Assembly: GCA_934747765.1 (NCBI GenBank)
Contig: CAKVGZ010000001.1
Span: 204,442-268,441, forward strand
Origin: an uncultured Clostridia bacterium
GTDB taxonomy: Bacteria > Bacillota > Clostridia > Christensenellales > UBA1242
DNA: 64,000 bases
Direction: 5' to 3'
Under the pieces are notes generated by a model. The model ran no database searches, had not been told where the DNA came from, and saw nothing but the letters and a program-made list of their open reading frames with translations. The position numbers and the translations under genes were made by a program. Shown in pieces: positions 26,492 to 36,069 of the stretch (the first letter of the stretch is position 1; every line of letters starts with the position of its first letter).

Positions 26492-26636
26492 ACAATTTTG
26501 TTCATTCTTTTTTATTTCCTTTCGACATTAAAAATGGGTTTTTGCTTGCAATGTATATTTTTTTATGCTAAAATAAAACAGCAAAAAAGCCGTGCATATT
26601 TTTTTTGTTTGGCTAAAATTTTTAAAGGACCGAAAA

Positions 26637-29600
26637 ATGAATTTTAAACAACTTGAACTTGCAGGATTTAAATCCTTTGCAGACAGAATTGAAATCAAAT
26701 TTGACAACGGTGTCACAGCAATCGTTGGTCCAAATGGTTGCGGAAAAAGTAACGTCGCAGATGCCATAAGATGGGTTTTGGGAGAACAAAGTTCAAAAAC
26801 TTTGCGTGGTTCTTCCATGCAAGATGTCATTTTTGCTGGAACAGAAAAAAGAAAAAGTTTGTCATATTGCGAAGTTACGATGACTTTTGACAACACAGAC
26901 AGATTTTTCAACTATGAATTTGATGAAATTGCAATAACAAGAAAATTGTATCGAAGTGGTGAAAGTGAATATCTTTTGAACAAACAACCTTGCAGGCTTA
27001 AAGACATCGTGAATTTGCTTTTTGATTCCGGCCTTGGCAAAGACGGATATTCAATCATTGGGCAAGACCAAGTTGGAAAAATTCTTTCGTCAAAACCTGA
27101 AGACCGCAGGTCAATTTTTGAAGACGCTGCAGGAATTTCAAAATATAAATCGAGAAAGGTTGAAGCTGAAAGGAAACTTGAAAGAACAAAAGACAATATC
27201 TTGAAGTTGCAACTTGTTATCGACGAAATTGAACGTCAACTTGGACCATTGAAAAAACAATCGGAAGATGCAAAAAGATTTTTGGAATTGAAAGAAATTT
27301 TGAAAAATTTGGAAGTTAATGCCTACATCTATCAATATGAAAATGCGTTTGATATGAAGTCCAAAATTTCAAGCAAACTTGATGCAATCAACGAAGAACT
27401 TGAACTTCGTCAACAAGAACTTGAAAGTGTGAGCGAAAATTACACAAACAACATGGCAAGCATTGAAGCAATTGACAAAACTGTTGAAAGGCTTCATGAA
27501 AACATTTTGAATTTGACTGTCAGCCTTGAAAAACAAGCAGGCGAAACAAATGTTGTTCGAGAAAGAATTAAGTTTTTGAAAGAACAAAATGCAAGGCTTG
27601 AACTTGACAAAACAAATTATGATAATCTTATAACTGCAATAAAAGAGCGAATTGTTGAGCGTGACCAGCATCTTTCGGAAACAAGTTCGGAACTTGAAAA
27701 TCTTAAGAATGGCGAAGAAGAATTATCACGCGATTATCTAAAGATTGTTGATGAACTGAATTTAAGTGAAGACGAAGCGGAAAGCAATCAGAAAGAAATG
27801 TTTGATGCGCTTGACAAACTCGCGTACATAAAATCCAATTCATCCAGACTTTCGGCAGAGCGTGAGGCAAACAAATCGTCACTTGGAGAGATTGAAGAGA
27901 GAATTAAAAACATTTCTGAAAAATTAAGTGAACAAAATTCTCTCAAAAACTCTATAACCGAAAATTTAAGTTTGCTTGAAGAACAAAACAAAGACCAACT
28001 TTCTGTTGTTATGAAAGGCAAACTTGAAACATCAAAAGTTCAAGACGAACTTTCGAGTTTGGAAAAAGAAGTTCAAAATTGCGGAACAAAAATTCAAGTT
28101 TATGAAAACAGAAAACGCATTTTGGAAGAAATGCAGGCTGAACACGAAGGTTATGCGGGAAGTGTTAAAAAACTTTTGAAAGAAAGCGAGAGAAACAGCG
28201 CGTTCAGAGAAAAAATGGTGGGTGTTTTGGCATCTCTTATTTCTGTTCCAGAGAAATTTGAAACAGCAATTGAAACTGCGCTTGGAAATGCACTTCAAAA
28301 CATTGTCACAAAAAATGAAAACGATGCAAAAAGTTTGATTGAATTTTTGAAGCAAGGTCAATTTGGCCGTGCAACATTCTTGCCAATCACTTCTATGAAA
28401 CCAAGAAATTTGTCGCAGGAAGAAAAATCTCTTCTAAAAACAAATGGATGTTTTGGAATTGCAAAAGATTTGATTTCATTTGGAGCAGAAATTGAAAATG
28501 TTGTTTCAAATTTGCTTGGAGCAACAGTCATTGTTGATACTCTTGACACAGCAATCAAAATTGCACAAAATTCAAAGTTTAGTTTCAAAATTGTAACTTT
28601 GGATGGCGATGTCATAAATCCACAAGGCTCGATGACAGGCGGAAGCAAAAAGTCTGAAGCAGTTAATTTAATCAGTCGTGATCGTGAAATAAAAACCCTT
28701 GGCGAAGAGATTGAAAAATTAAAAGAACTTTTCACAAATGGTGACGAAAAAATTAAAGCAAAAAAAGCGGAACTTGAAAATGTTTTGAAGCAATTTGAAT
28801 TTATTTCATCAAAACAAAAGCAACTTGAAGTTGAAATTGCAAAAGAAAATGAAAAATTGGCTTCTGTTTGTCAACTTGTTGATGGCTACGAAACTGAAAT
28901 TCAAAATTTGAACAATTCAAAAATAATTGTTTCTAACAAAATTGAAGTTATCACAAACGAACTTTCAAGCATCGAAGACCTTGAAAACACTGTTGGAGCA
29001 AACAAGGAAGGTGCAAACGAAGCAATTGCAAAAAGGCAATCTCGTTTTGCCGATTTAAAAGCAAAACGTGAAGAACTGAGCAAAAAATTGACGGAAATTC
29101 GTGTTAATATTGCATCGATAACAAGCGAGGTTATGGGCACAACTCAAGAACTTGAACGTCTTGATTTGCAACTTTCAGAAAATCAAACAAAGAAAAACTC
29201 TGCAGAAGAAGAATTTGAACAAAATGTTTTGAAAATCGAAGAAGCAGAGAATTTGATTGCTTGGCATATTGAAAGCAGTTCAAGCAACGAAATTCGCGAA
29301 AAACTTGCAAACTTAAAAGACGAGCAAAAACGTCTTGACGAAAACAAACTTTCGATGCAACAACAACTTAAACAATTGGAAGATAAAAGAAATTTTCTTG
29401 TTTTGGAAGTAAACAAAATTAATGAGAAAAAACTTAATGAAGAATTTAAAATTTCGAAAGTTGATTCAGATATAGATTTGATGCAAGACAAGATTTTAGA
29501 AGAATATCAGCTGGATTATGAAGGATGTTTGGCGCTTAAGGTTGAAGATTTTGACCTTAATAAAGGGCTTTCGGAAATCACAAAAATCAAGAAAGAGATT

Positions 29601-30233
29601 TCAAAACTTGGCTACATAAATGTTGGAGCCATTGAAGACTCAAAAATTCTCGGAGAAAGATATGATGCTCTTGCTGTTCAAGTTGAAGATTTGAACAAGG
29701 CGCAAGACGAACTCATTCAAATCATTCAAGAACTTTCAACCGAAATGAGAACTCGTTTCAGCGAAGAGTTTGACAAAATCAACGAAAACTTCAAAATCAC
29801 TTTCCGTGAACTTTTTGGCGGAGGAAACGCAAAACTTGAGTTGATTGGAAGTGACAACGTGTTGGAGGCAGGTGTTGAAATTTTGGCTGAGCCACCTGGC
29901 AAGAAACTCAGTTCGAACACACTTTTGAGTGGTGGTGAGAAAGCATTGACTGCAATTGCAATTTTGTTTGCAATTTTGAAACTTCGTCCAATGCCTTTCT
30001 GTTTGCTTGACGAAATTGAAGCAGCGCTTGATGAGGCAAACGTCTATCGTTTTGCTCAATATTTGAAAAAATTCTCAAGTGAAACTCAATTTATTGTCAT
30101 AACCCACAAAAAACCAACAATGGAACTTGCTGATTCGCTCTATGGGGTCACAATGGAAGAAAAAGGTGTTTCGAAAGTTGTTTCTGTTAAACTTTCTGAT
30201 GCAGTTAAATATGAGCAAAAAAGTGAAGCATAA
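26637..30233 (+). CDS. smc: Chromosome partition protein Smc
   Basis: 'LELAGFKSFADR...IVGPNGCGKSNVADAIRWVLGEQS', a long coiled coil, the hinge 'GRATFLP', and the C-terminus 'LSGGEKALTAIAILFAI...PFCLLDEIEAALD'. Confidence 0.97.
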   Translation: MNFKQLELAGFKSFADRIEIKFDNGVTAIVGPNGCGKSNVADAIRWVLGEQSSKTLRGSSMQDVIFAGTEKRKSLSYCEVTMTFDNTDRFFNYEFDEIAITRKLYRSGESEYLLNKQPCRLKDIVNLLFDSGLGKDGYSIIGQDQVGKILSSKPEDRRSIFEDAAGISKYKSRKVEAERKLERTKDNILKLQLVIDEIERQLGPLKKQSEDAKRFLELKEILKNLEVNAYIYQYENAFDMKSKISSKLDAINEELELRQQELESVSENYTNNMASIEAIDKTVERLHENILNLTVSLEKQAGETNVVRERIKFLKEQNARLELDKTNYDNLITAIKERIVERDQHLSETSSELENLKNGEEELSRDYLKIVDELNLSEDEAESNQKEMFDALDKLAYIKSNSSRLSAEREANKSSLGEIEERIKNISEKLSEQNSLKNSITENLSLLEEQNKDQLSVVMKGKLETSKVQDELSSLEKEVQNCGTKIQVYENRKRILEEMQAEHEGYAGSVKKLLKESERNSAFREKMVGVLASLISVPEKFETAIETALGNALQNIVTKNENDAKSLIEFLKQGQFGRATFLPITSMKPRNLSQEEKSLLKTNGCFGIAKDLISFGAEIENVVSNLLGATVIVDTLDTAIKIAQNSKFSFKIVTLDGDVINPQGSMTGGSKKSEAVNLISRDREIKTLGEEIEKLKELFTNGDEKIKAKKAELENVLKQFEFISSKQKQLEVEIAKENEKLASVCQLVDGYETEIQNLNNSKIIVSNKIEVITNELSSIEDLENTVGANKEGANEAIAKRQSRFADLKAKREELSKKLTEIRVNIASITSEVMGTTQELERLDLQLSENQTKKNSAEEEFEQNVLKIEEAENLIAWHIESSSSNEIREKLANLKDEQKRLDENKLSMQQQLKQLEDKRNFLVLEVNKINEKKLNEEFKISKVDSDIDLMQDKILEEYQLDYEGCLALKVEDFDLNKGLSEITKIKKEISKLGYINVGAIEDSKILGERYDALAVQVEDLNKAQDELIQIIQELSTEMRTRFSEEFDKINENFKITFRELFGGGNAKLELIGSDNVLEAGVEILAEPPGKKLSSNTLLSGGEKALTAIAILFAILKLRPMPFCLLDEIEAALDEANVYRFAQYLKKFSSETQFIVITHKKPTMELADSLYGVTMEEKGVSKVVSVKLSDAVKYEQKSEA

Positions 30234-30315
30234 AATGGAAGATAATCTTCCATTTTTTTGTTTGTATGCTTGACTACAAAAAATATTTCAAATATAATAT
30301 TGTTGTGAGGTGAAT

Positions 30316-30774
30316 ATGGGTTTTTTTAATAATAAAAAAGCAATAATAATCAGCGGTTTTGCTGGCATCGGAAAAACTGGGCTTGTGGAACACGCATCAT
30401 TTTACGACCACAAAAAAATATTTGACCTTTCTTCGTCATATTTCAGAAAAAATGATGGCTGGGAAAAAGTTTATTGTGACATTGTTGAAGCAATTGCAAA
30501 AGAATATGATTACATATTCATTTCAACTCACAAACTGGTTGTTGACGAAATGTTGAGAAGAGGAATAAAATTTTATCTCGTATATCCAATGCGTTATTGT
30601 CGTGACGAATATCTTCGCAGATTTATCGAAAGAGGAAATTCTGACGAATATATAAAGAAATTTATAAAAAATTGGGATGCTTTCATAACTGAACTCGACA
30701 ATGTTAAAACTGATTACAGGGTGAATTTAAGAAGCGGTCAATATCTTTCGGATGTTATCGACAGGCTTAGATAA
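30316..30774 (+). CDS. Hypothetical small P-loop NTPase/kinase-like protein
   Basis: Walker A-like 'ISGFAGIGKTGL' at the N-terminus. ~152 aa. No further family recognised. Confidence 0.4.
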   Translation: MGFFNNKKAIIISGFAGIGKTGLVEHASFYDHKKIFDLSSSYFRKNDGWEKVYCDIVEAIAKEYDYIFISTHKLVVDEMLRRGIKFYLVYPMRYCRDEYLRRFIERGNSDEYIKKFIKNWDAFITELDNVKTDYRVNLRSGQYLSDVIDRLR

Positions 30775-30857
30775 ACTCGACAAAGGTGGCATTTTTTCGC
30801 CATCTTTTTTTATTTTAAGTTGCCTATCAAAACTGTAAAATAAAATATAATGAATTT

Positions 30858-31733
30858 GTGGAAATTGTTGTTGAGTTTGCTCTTATCGATAATCTTGTCA
30901 TCAACTTTCTTATTTTAAAAATTTCTTCATTAATTTTGAAAAGTGATGGAAGATTTTTGCGTCTTGCACTGGCAAGCTCATTTGGCGCAATTTTTGCTCT
31001 TCTAAGTCCAATTCTTGCTTTGCCAATTTGGCTTAGCGTAACATACAAAATTCTTTTGGGGGTTGTTATGACAAGAATTGGACTAAATCCAATTGGACTT
31101 AGAAAGAACATTCTTTCTTTTGTGGTGTTCTGTCTAACAACTGCAGTTATGGGCGGAGCATGCTTTGGAATAATTTATCTCTTTTCAGGCGAAATTCAAG
31201 GCTCAGGAGTGATTTTGTTTGGGGGAGAAATCCCTGTTGGAGTTATTATCTTTGTTGTTTCATGTGTTGCGTTTTTGATTTTCAGATTGATTAAATATTT
31301 TTCCAGACGGAAACTGTTTGACAACTTCATTTTCAAAACTGAAATAGAAAACAAAGGGAAGCAAGTTTCTTTCGAATCATATCTCGACACTGGCAACAAA
31401 CTTTATGACCCAGAAACAAATGCACCTGTTATGATTGTTGAATATGCTGTTTTTTCAAAACTTTTTAATGTTCCCATAGACAAAATTTTAACTCAAAACG
31501 CAAATGAATTTGTTGATAATTCACGTTACATAGATTTTGGAACAGTGGGAAAGGGCGGAAAAATTCTTGTCACAAGTGTTGAAAAAGTTCACATAAGCAC
31601 CAAGGAAAAAAAAGTTGATTTGGAAAATGTGATTGTTGGTCTGTCTTTGTCAAGACTCAAACAAAGTTTCGATTGTGAAGCCCTATTTGGCCCAGAGATT
31701 GCAAAAGATTTTTTTAAAGGAGAAGTTGCATGA
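30858..31733 (+). CDS. spoIIGA: Sigma-E processing aspartic peptidase SpoIIGA
   Basis: N-terminal polytopic membrane domain plus the C-terminal '[21 protein letters not shown]' (DTGN/DSGN aspartic protease motif). Its 4-nt overlap with sigE is the canonical arrangement. Confidence 0.85.
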   Translation: MEIVVEFALIDNLVINFLILKISSLILKSDGRFLRLALASSFGAIFALLSPILALPIWLSVTYKILLGVVMTRIGLNPIGLRKNILSFVVFCLTTAVMGGACFGIIYLFSGEIQGSGVILFGGEIPVGVIIFVVSCVAFLIFRLIKYFSRRKLFDNFIFKTEIENKGKQVSFESYLDTGNKLYDPETNAPVMIVEYAVFSKLFNVPIDKILTQNANEFVDNSRYIDFGTVGKGGKILVTSVEKVHISTKEKKVDLENVIVGLSLSRLKQSFDCEALFGPEIAKDFFKGEVA

Positions 31734-32458
31734 AAAATATATTTAAAAAAATAATCATGAAAATTAAGAGATTATTTAGAAAAATCGATTTTCTCAGCCC
31801 AAGCGACGTTGTTGCTTATGTTTGTGGAAACGAAGCACTTCCTCTTCCTCTTGAAAATGAAGAAGAACAAATCTTGCTGGAAGAACTTGCAAATGGCAAC
31901 GAAAGTGCAAAAGAAAAATTGATTGAACACAATTTGCGTCTTGTGGTTTATATTGCAAAAAAATTTGAAAACACAGGTTTAGAACTTGAAGACCTCATTT
32001 CTATTGGCGCCATTGGACTGATTAAGGCTGTTGGAACATACAAATTCGACAAACAAATCAAACTTGCCACGTATGCAAGCAGATGCATCGAAAACGAAAT
32101 TTTGATGCAACTTCGCAAAACAAGCAAAATCAAAGGCGAGATGAGTTTTGATGAACCTTTGAATTATGACGCCGAAGGCAACGAATTGCTGTTGTCGGAC
32201 GTTTTGTTCACTGAAGAAGATAGTGTTTCGAAAAATTTGGACCAAAGTGTGGAAAAACAACTGCTTTGGGAAAGCATAAAAAAACTTGGAGAAAAAGAAC
32301 AAGAAATCATGATTTTACGTTTTGGACTTATGGGAAAAGAAGAAAAAACGCAAAAAGAAGTTGCCGACATGATGGGCATTTCTCAAAGTTACATTTCTAG
32401 AATTGAAAAGAAAATTCTTTTGCGTCTGAAAAAAGAACTGCTCAAAGCGAGCAGTTAA
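31730..32458 (+). CDS. sigE: Sporulation sigma factor SigE (pro-sigma-E)
   Basis: '[24 protein letters not shown]', '[13 protein letters not shown]...[18 protein letters not shown]......[15 protein letters not shown]', and the region 4 HTH '[22 protein letters not shown]'. Confidence 0.92.
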   Translation: MKNIFKKIIMKIKRLFRKIDFLSPSDVVAYVCGNEALPLPLENEEEQILLEELANGNESAKEKLIEHNLRLVVYIAKKFENTGLELEDLISIGAIGLIKAVGTYKFDKQIKLATYASRCIENEILMQLRKTSKIKGEMSFDEPLNYDAEGNELLLSDVLFTEEDSVSKNLDQSVEKQLLWESIKKLGEKEQEIMILRFGLMGKEEKTQKEVADMMGISQSYISRIEKKILLRLKKELLKASS

Positions 32459-33090
32459 CTTTCACTTGCAAGAAATTTTTTGAGTTCGTCGCGTCGTCGA
32501 TATGCCGTTGCAACAGCTTCTTGGTGAGCCTCATCAACTCGTTTTGTTCCATGTGTTTTGCTGTTAAGAAAATGTATGCACGTGTGGCCATCCATGTTGT
32601 TGTCTTCTATCAAAGTGTAACTGTGTGGCATCCCATTGATTGACCCAGCAACATAACTTCCGTTAATCTCAACCCAAACAGGTCGTCGCGCCCAGCTCCA
32701 CTGACCATTATAGATGCTTTTCATGATTGCTGTGTTTGTTGCATCAATTGGCTGAACGTCGGCATGATTATATCCGCCAACTCTTTTCACATAATAGGAT
32801 TTTTTGGTGTTAACGTCGATAACGCGTGCAACTAGAGTGTATTTTGTGAAAAAATTATTGACAACATCGAACCAATCCAAATTTGAAACATTTGACGTTT
32901 TTGTTAGCAATTGATTATATTCTTGGGCATAAAAGTCATTCTCAATTTCGTATGCGTCATTATACAATGCTTTTTCATGTTTACTCAGCGCATCATATCC
33001 AACACGTTTTGTTGGCATAGGAAACGCGCACACGAAAAAACCCATGAACAAAAGAGTTATTGTGAAATAATAAACAATTTTTGAACTCAT
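32455..33090 (-). CDS. Hypothetical exported/membrane-anchored protein
   Basis: 211 aa. N-terminal signal/anchor. The His-rich C-terminus (MPHSY...[13 protein letters not shown]) suggests a metal site. Family not recognised. Confidence 0.4.
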   Translation of the reverse strand: MSSKIVYYFTITLLFMGFFVCAFPMPTKRVGYDALSKHEKALYNDAYEIENDFYAQEYNQLLTKTSNVSNLDWFDVVNNFFTKYTLVARVIDVNTKKSYYVKRVGGYNHADVQPIDATNTAIMKSIYNGQWSWARRPVWVEINGSYVAGSINGMPHSYTLIEDNNMDGHTCIHFLNSKTHGTKRVDEAHQEAVATAYRRRDELKKFLASES

Positions 33091-33160
33091 GAGATTAGTT
33101 TGTTAAATTTTAGAAAAATTATGAGGTCATATAAAAAGAAATAAATTAATAAATTAAATT

Positions 33161-34219
33161 GTGGAGAACTTCAAAATAATTTTCAAGTTCACAATGCTTG
33201 TTGTTGGAACAATTGTTGGAGCAGGACTTGCTTCTGGCCAAGAAATTGTTGTTTTTTTTGCGCAATATGGATTTGTTAGTTTGTTTTTTGTTGTTGCAGT
33301 TTTTTTGATTTTTTTCTTTGGACTCAGAAATTTTTTGTTCTTTGGAAAATGTAATTATGAAAATGATTTTGAAAAGAAAAAAATAACCAACATTTTTGAC
33401 ACAATTTCAATTGGAATTTTTGCAATTATTGGCTCGGCAATGCTTGCTGGAGCAAGCCAATTGCTTTCTACCTATGTGTGTGATTTTTCTTTTCCACTTT
33501 GGGAAATCATTTTGATATTAATTTCATCATTTGTTTGCATTTTTGGAATCAAAGCGCTTTTAAATTTGAGCATATATCTTGTTCCAATTGTCATTTTGGG
33601 AATTATATATGTTTGTATAAAAGGTGCAACAATTTCAACTCTTTCTCCGCCAACTTTTTCAACAGACATTTCAACTGTTTCAATTTTGACCTTGTCTTCT
33701 ATAAGTTATTGTTGTTGCAATTTGGTCACGGCAAGCAAAGTTATTTTTGATCTTGGAAAAACCTTAACAAGAAAACAAGCCACGCGCGTGGCGCTCTATT
33801 CCGCGCTGATTTTGTCAGTGATAATTGGAACTATAATTGTTTCAATCTTAATTAACGACAAAATGATTTTGTTTGCCGATTTGCCTCTTGTTTTTCTTGC
33901 AAACATAATATCAAAACCTGTGGGAATTGGGTTCACAGTGCTCATTCTTGCAAGCATAATAACAACACTTTTTGCAACACAATATTCTTTTATCAATTTA
34001 TTGCATGAAAAAATGAATAAAAGGAAGAAAATTCTCCCTTTTATGATTTCAATAATTTTGTTTTTCACAGTAAGTTTGTTTGGATTTGGCGATATAATCA
34101 AATACTTCTATCCGCTGATTGGGGCATTTGGCTTTGTGATGATTTTCCTACTAAGAAATCTAACGTTTAAACCTTGCCTCAATTCTACTAACAACAAAGT
34201 ACATTCCTCCCGCAAGTAA
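33161..34219 (+). CDS. YkvI-family membrane protein (transporter-like)
   Basis: 'VVGTIVGAGLASGQEIVVFF' is the YkvI-type N-terminal motif, with ~10-11 hydrophobic spans. GTG start. Confidence 0.6.
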   Translation: MENFKIIFKFTMLVVGTIVGAGLASGQEIVVFFAQYGFVSLFFVVAVFLIFFFGLRNFLFFGKCNYENDFEKKKITNIFDTISIGIFAIIGSAMLAGASQLLSTYVCDFSFPLWEIILILISSFVCIFGIKALLNLSIYLVPIVILGIIYVCIKGATISTLSPPTFSTDISTVSILTLSSISYCCCNLVTASKVIFDLGKTLTRKQATRVALYSALILSVIIGTIIVSILINDKMILFADLPLVFLANIISKPVGIGFTVLILASIITTLFATQYSFINLLHEKMNKRKKILPFMISIILFFTVSLFGFGDIIKYFYPLIGAFGFVMIFLLRNLTFKPCLNSTNNKVHSSRK

Positions 34220-34978
34220 ACACAATATGACTGTGCTTGTCATAACCAAGTCGAGTTTAAACACAGTTCCGCCATAGACAATCAAATAGCCAAGTCCCGC
34301 TTTGCTGACAAGATATTCACCCATAATGGTTCCAACCCAGCTCATTCCAACATTAATTTTCAAAACTGAAATGAAGTCGGGCATTGAATTTGGCACTATC
34401 AATTTGAAAAATATTTGATATTTTTTTGCTTTCATAGATTTCATAAGCAAGATTTTGTCTTTGTCACACGACAGGAACGACCCAAGGACGCTCAGTGTTG
34501 TTATAATGACGCATATTAATATGCACATAACAATAATTGCACTTGTTCCCGCTCCAAACCAAATTATGATTAATGGTCCAAGAGCAATTTTTGGAAGACT
34601 GTTCAACACAACAATATATGGGTCAAAAATTTTTCTAAGTCGTTCGCTCCACCAAAGAATAACAGCTATGATATATCCGATTGCAGTTGCCAGAATAAAT
34701 CCGATAACTGTTTCATAAAGCGTTATACCAATGTGTTTAAACAATTCGCCTGAGTTGTACAAATCGGATATCGTTTTAATCATTCGTGATGGGGAACTTA
34801 TGAAGAATGGGTCAAGAATGTAATATTTTGTCAGCACTTCCCAAAGCACAAAGATAAGTGCCAAAATCAAAACCTGAATAAGTCTGATAATCCATTTTTC
34901 ACATGTCAGTTTTCTAACATAAAGTTTGTGTTCTTTTGAGTAATTTAATTTCTTTTGTTTTCGATTAAATAATTTCAT
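34160..34978 (-). CDS. ABC transporter permease (NitT/TauT, SsuC-like)
   Basis: BPD_transp_1-type layout, and the EAA-like region 'SMKAKKYQIFFKLIVPNSMPDFISVLKINVGMSWVGTIMGE'. Confidence 0.8.
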   Translation of the reverse strand: MKLFNRKQKKLNYSKEHKLYVRKLTCEKWIIRLIQVLILALIFVLWEVLTKYYILDPFFISSPSRMIKTISDLYNSGELFKHIGITLYETVIGFILATAIGYIIAVILWWSERLRKIFDPYIVVLNSLPKIALGPLIIIWFGAGTSAIIVMCILICVIITTLSVLGSFLSCDKDKILLMKSMKAKKYQIFFKLIVPNSMPDFISVLKINVGMSWVGTIMGEYLVSKAGLGYLIVYGGTVFKLDLVMTSTVILCLLAGGMYFVVSRIEARFKR

Positions 34979-35811
34979 GTTTCAACCTCCGTCTGTTCGA
35001 GATTGTAAACTATTAAGTCTTTCCAAATTTCATCAAACATTTTTCGTGCAACTTCGCTTTCACGGCGTTTTATTGGTGCACCAAGATGTTTAAGGTCAAC
35101 ATCAACAATCTTTTTTACCGTTCCAGGGCGTGTTGTTAAGATAATGATTCTGTCCGCCATACTAATTGCTTCGGCAATGTCGTGGGTCACCAAAATGGCC
35201 GTTTTTTGCTCTTCTGAAATGATTTCCGAAACACTGTCGCACACGCTCAGCCGTGTTTGAAAATCTAGCGCCGAAAAGGGTTCGTCCAAAAGCAACAGTT
35301 TTGGTTCAAGGGCAAGAGTTCGAATTAGGGCAACTCTTTGACGCATCCCGCCAGAAAGTTGGGTTGGTTTTTTATTTTTAAATTGTCCAAGCCCATATTT
35401 GGACAATAGATTGTCAATTTTTTCAATGAGTTGTTTATCTTTTTTCTTTCCCTGAATTTCCAGTCCAAGAGTAACATTTTTCCAAATTGTTCGCCAATCG
35501 AACAAATGGTCGCGTTGAAACATGTATCCAATTTCTGAATTTAAATTTTTGTCTTTTGTTTTTTTATCGCCTGTAATTTCTCTTCCGTCAATAAAAATTT
35601 TCCCGCCACTTGGCTTCAAAATGCCAGATATTAGACTCAAAAGAGTTGTTTTTCCGCATCCACTTGGACCAACAATGGCAACAAATTCACCTTCATAAAT
35701 GGTGAAGTTAACATCATTAAGTGCGGTTATTTCGTCATCTTTTGTGTGATAGGTTAAACAAACGTTTTCGAATTTCAGTATTTCTTTTCTTTCGCTCTCC
35801 ATTTTTTTCAT
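34975..35811 (-). CDS. ABC transporter ATP-binding protein (NitT/TauT, SsuB-like)
   Basis: Walker A 'GPSGCGKTTL', signature 'LSGGMRQRVALIR', Walker B 'LLLDEPFSALD'. 4-nt overlap with the permease gene. Confidence 0.9.
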   Translation of the reverse strand: MKKMESERKEILKFENVCLTYHTKDDEITALNDVNFTIYEGEFVAIVGPSGCGKTTLLSLISGILKPSGGKIFIDGREITGDKKTKDKNLNSEIGYMFQRDHLFDWRTIWKNVTLGLEIQGKKKDKQLIEKIDNLLSKYGLGQFKNKKPTQLSGGMRQRVALIRTLALEPKLLLLDEPFSALDFQTRLSVCDSVSEIISEEQKTAILVTHDIAEAISMADRIIILTTRPGTVKKIVDVDLKHLGAPIKRRESEVARKMFDEIWKDLIVYNLEQTEVET

Positions 35812-36069
35812 CCATGTTTAGATTTTAATCATTTTTTCTTTAGCAAAGCAGCATGTTGCTATTCCATTCTATAAATGTGGAAACAAAAAAGTTCGTAACA
35901 AAATATTCTTTTTTTTCATAACATATCATAAAAAGAGGTAACTATGAAAATTTTTTGTTTTAAAGCACCAAAGTTTTTGTCCTTTTTGTTAAAACCTTTC
36001 GTTAAAAAACAAGAAGAAGAAACACAAGAAAACTAGTTTTAAAAAAGTACATAAGGCAATCATTATAGC

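Noticed and set aside
26592-26636. Upstream extensions of smc (26592), plsX (25418), lepA (40327), ferredoxin (15024), the HD gene (7267) and the collagen gene (6602)
   Set aside because: In each case an internal ATG preceded by a good Shine-Dalgarno sequence coincides with the conserved family N-terminus. The extensions are hydrophobic or odd and overlap promoter-like sequence.
32455-33090. Idea that the gene convergent on sigE is spoIIR (the SpoIIGA-activating signal)
   Set aside because: The sequence lacks the SpoIIR hallmark N-terminal motif (R-L/F-H-V-x-A-N-S-D...DQ) and looks like a His-rich exported enzyme instead, so it is left as hypothetical.
35812-35943. Possible riboswitch (TPP/other) upstream of the SBP-less ABC operon
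   Set aside because: Only a short 6-bp hairpin (TAGCAA/TTGCTA) is present, and no conserved riboswitch core motifs were recognised by eye. Rfam scanning would be needed to exclude it fully.
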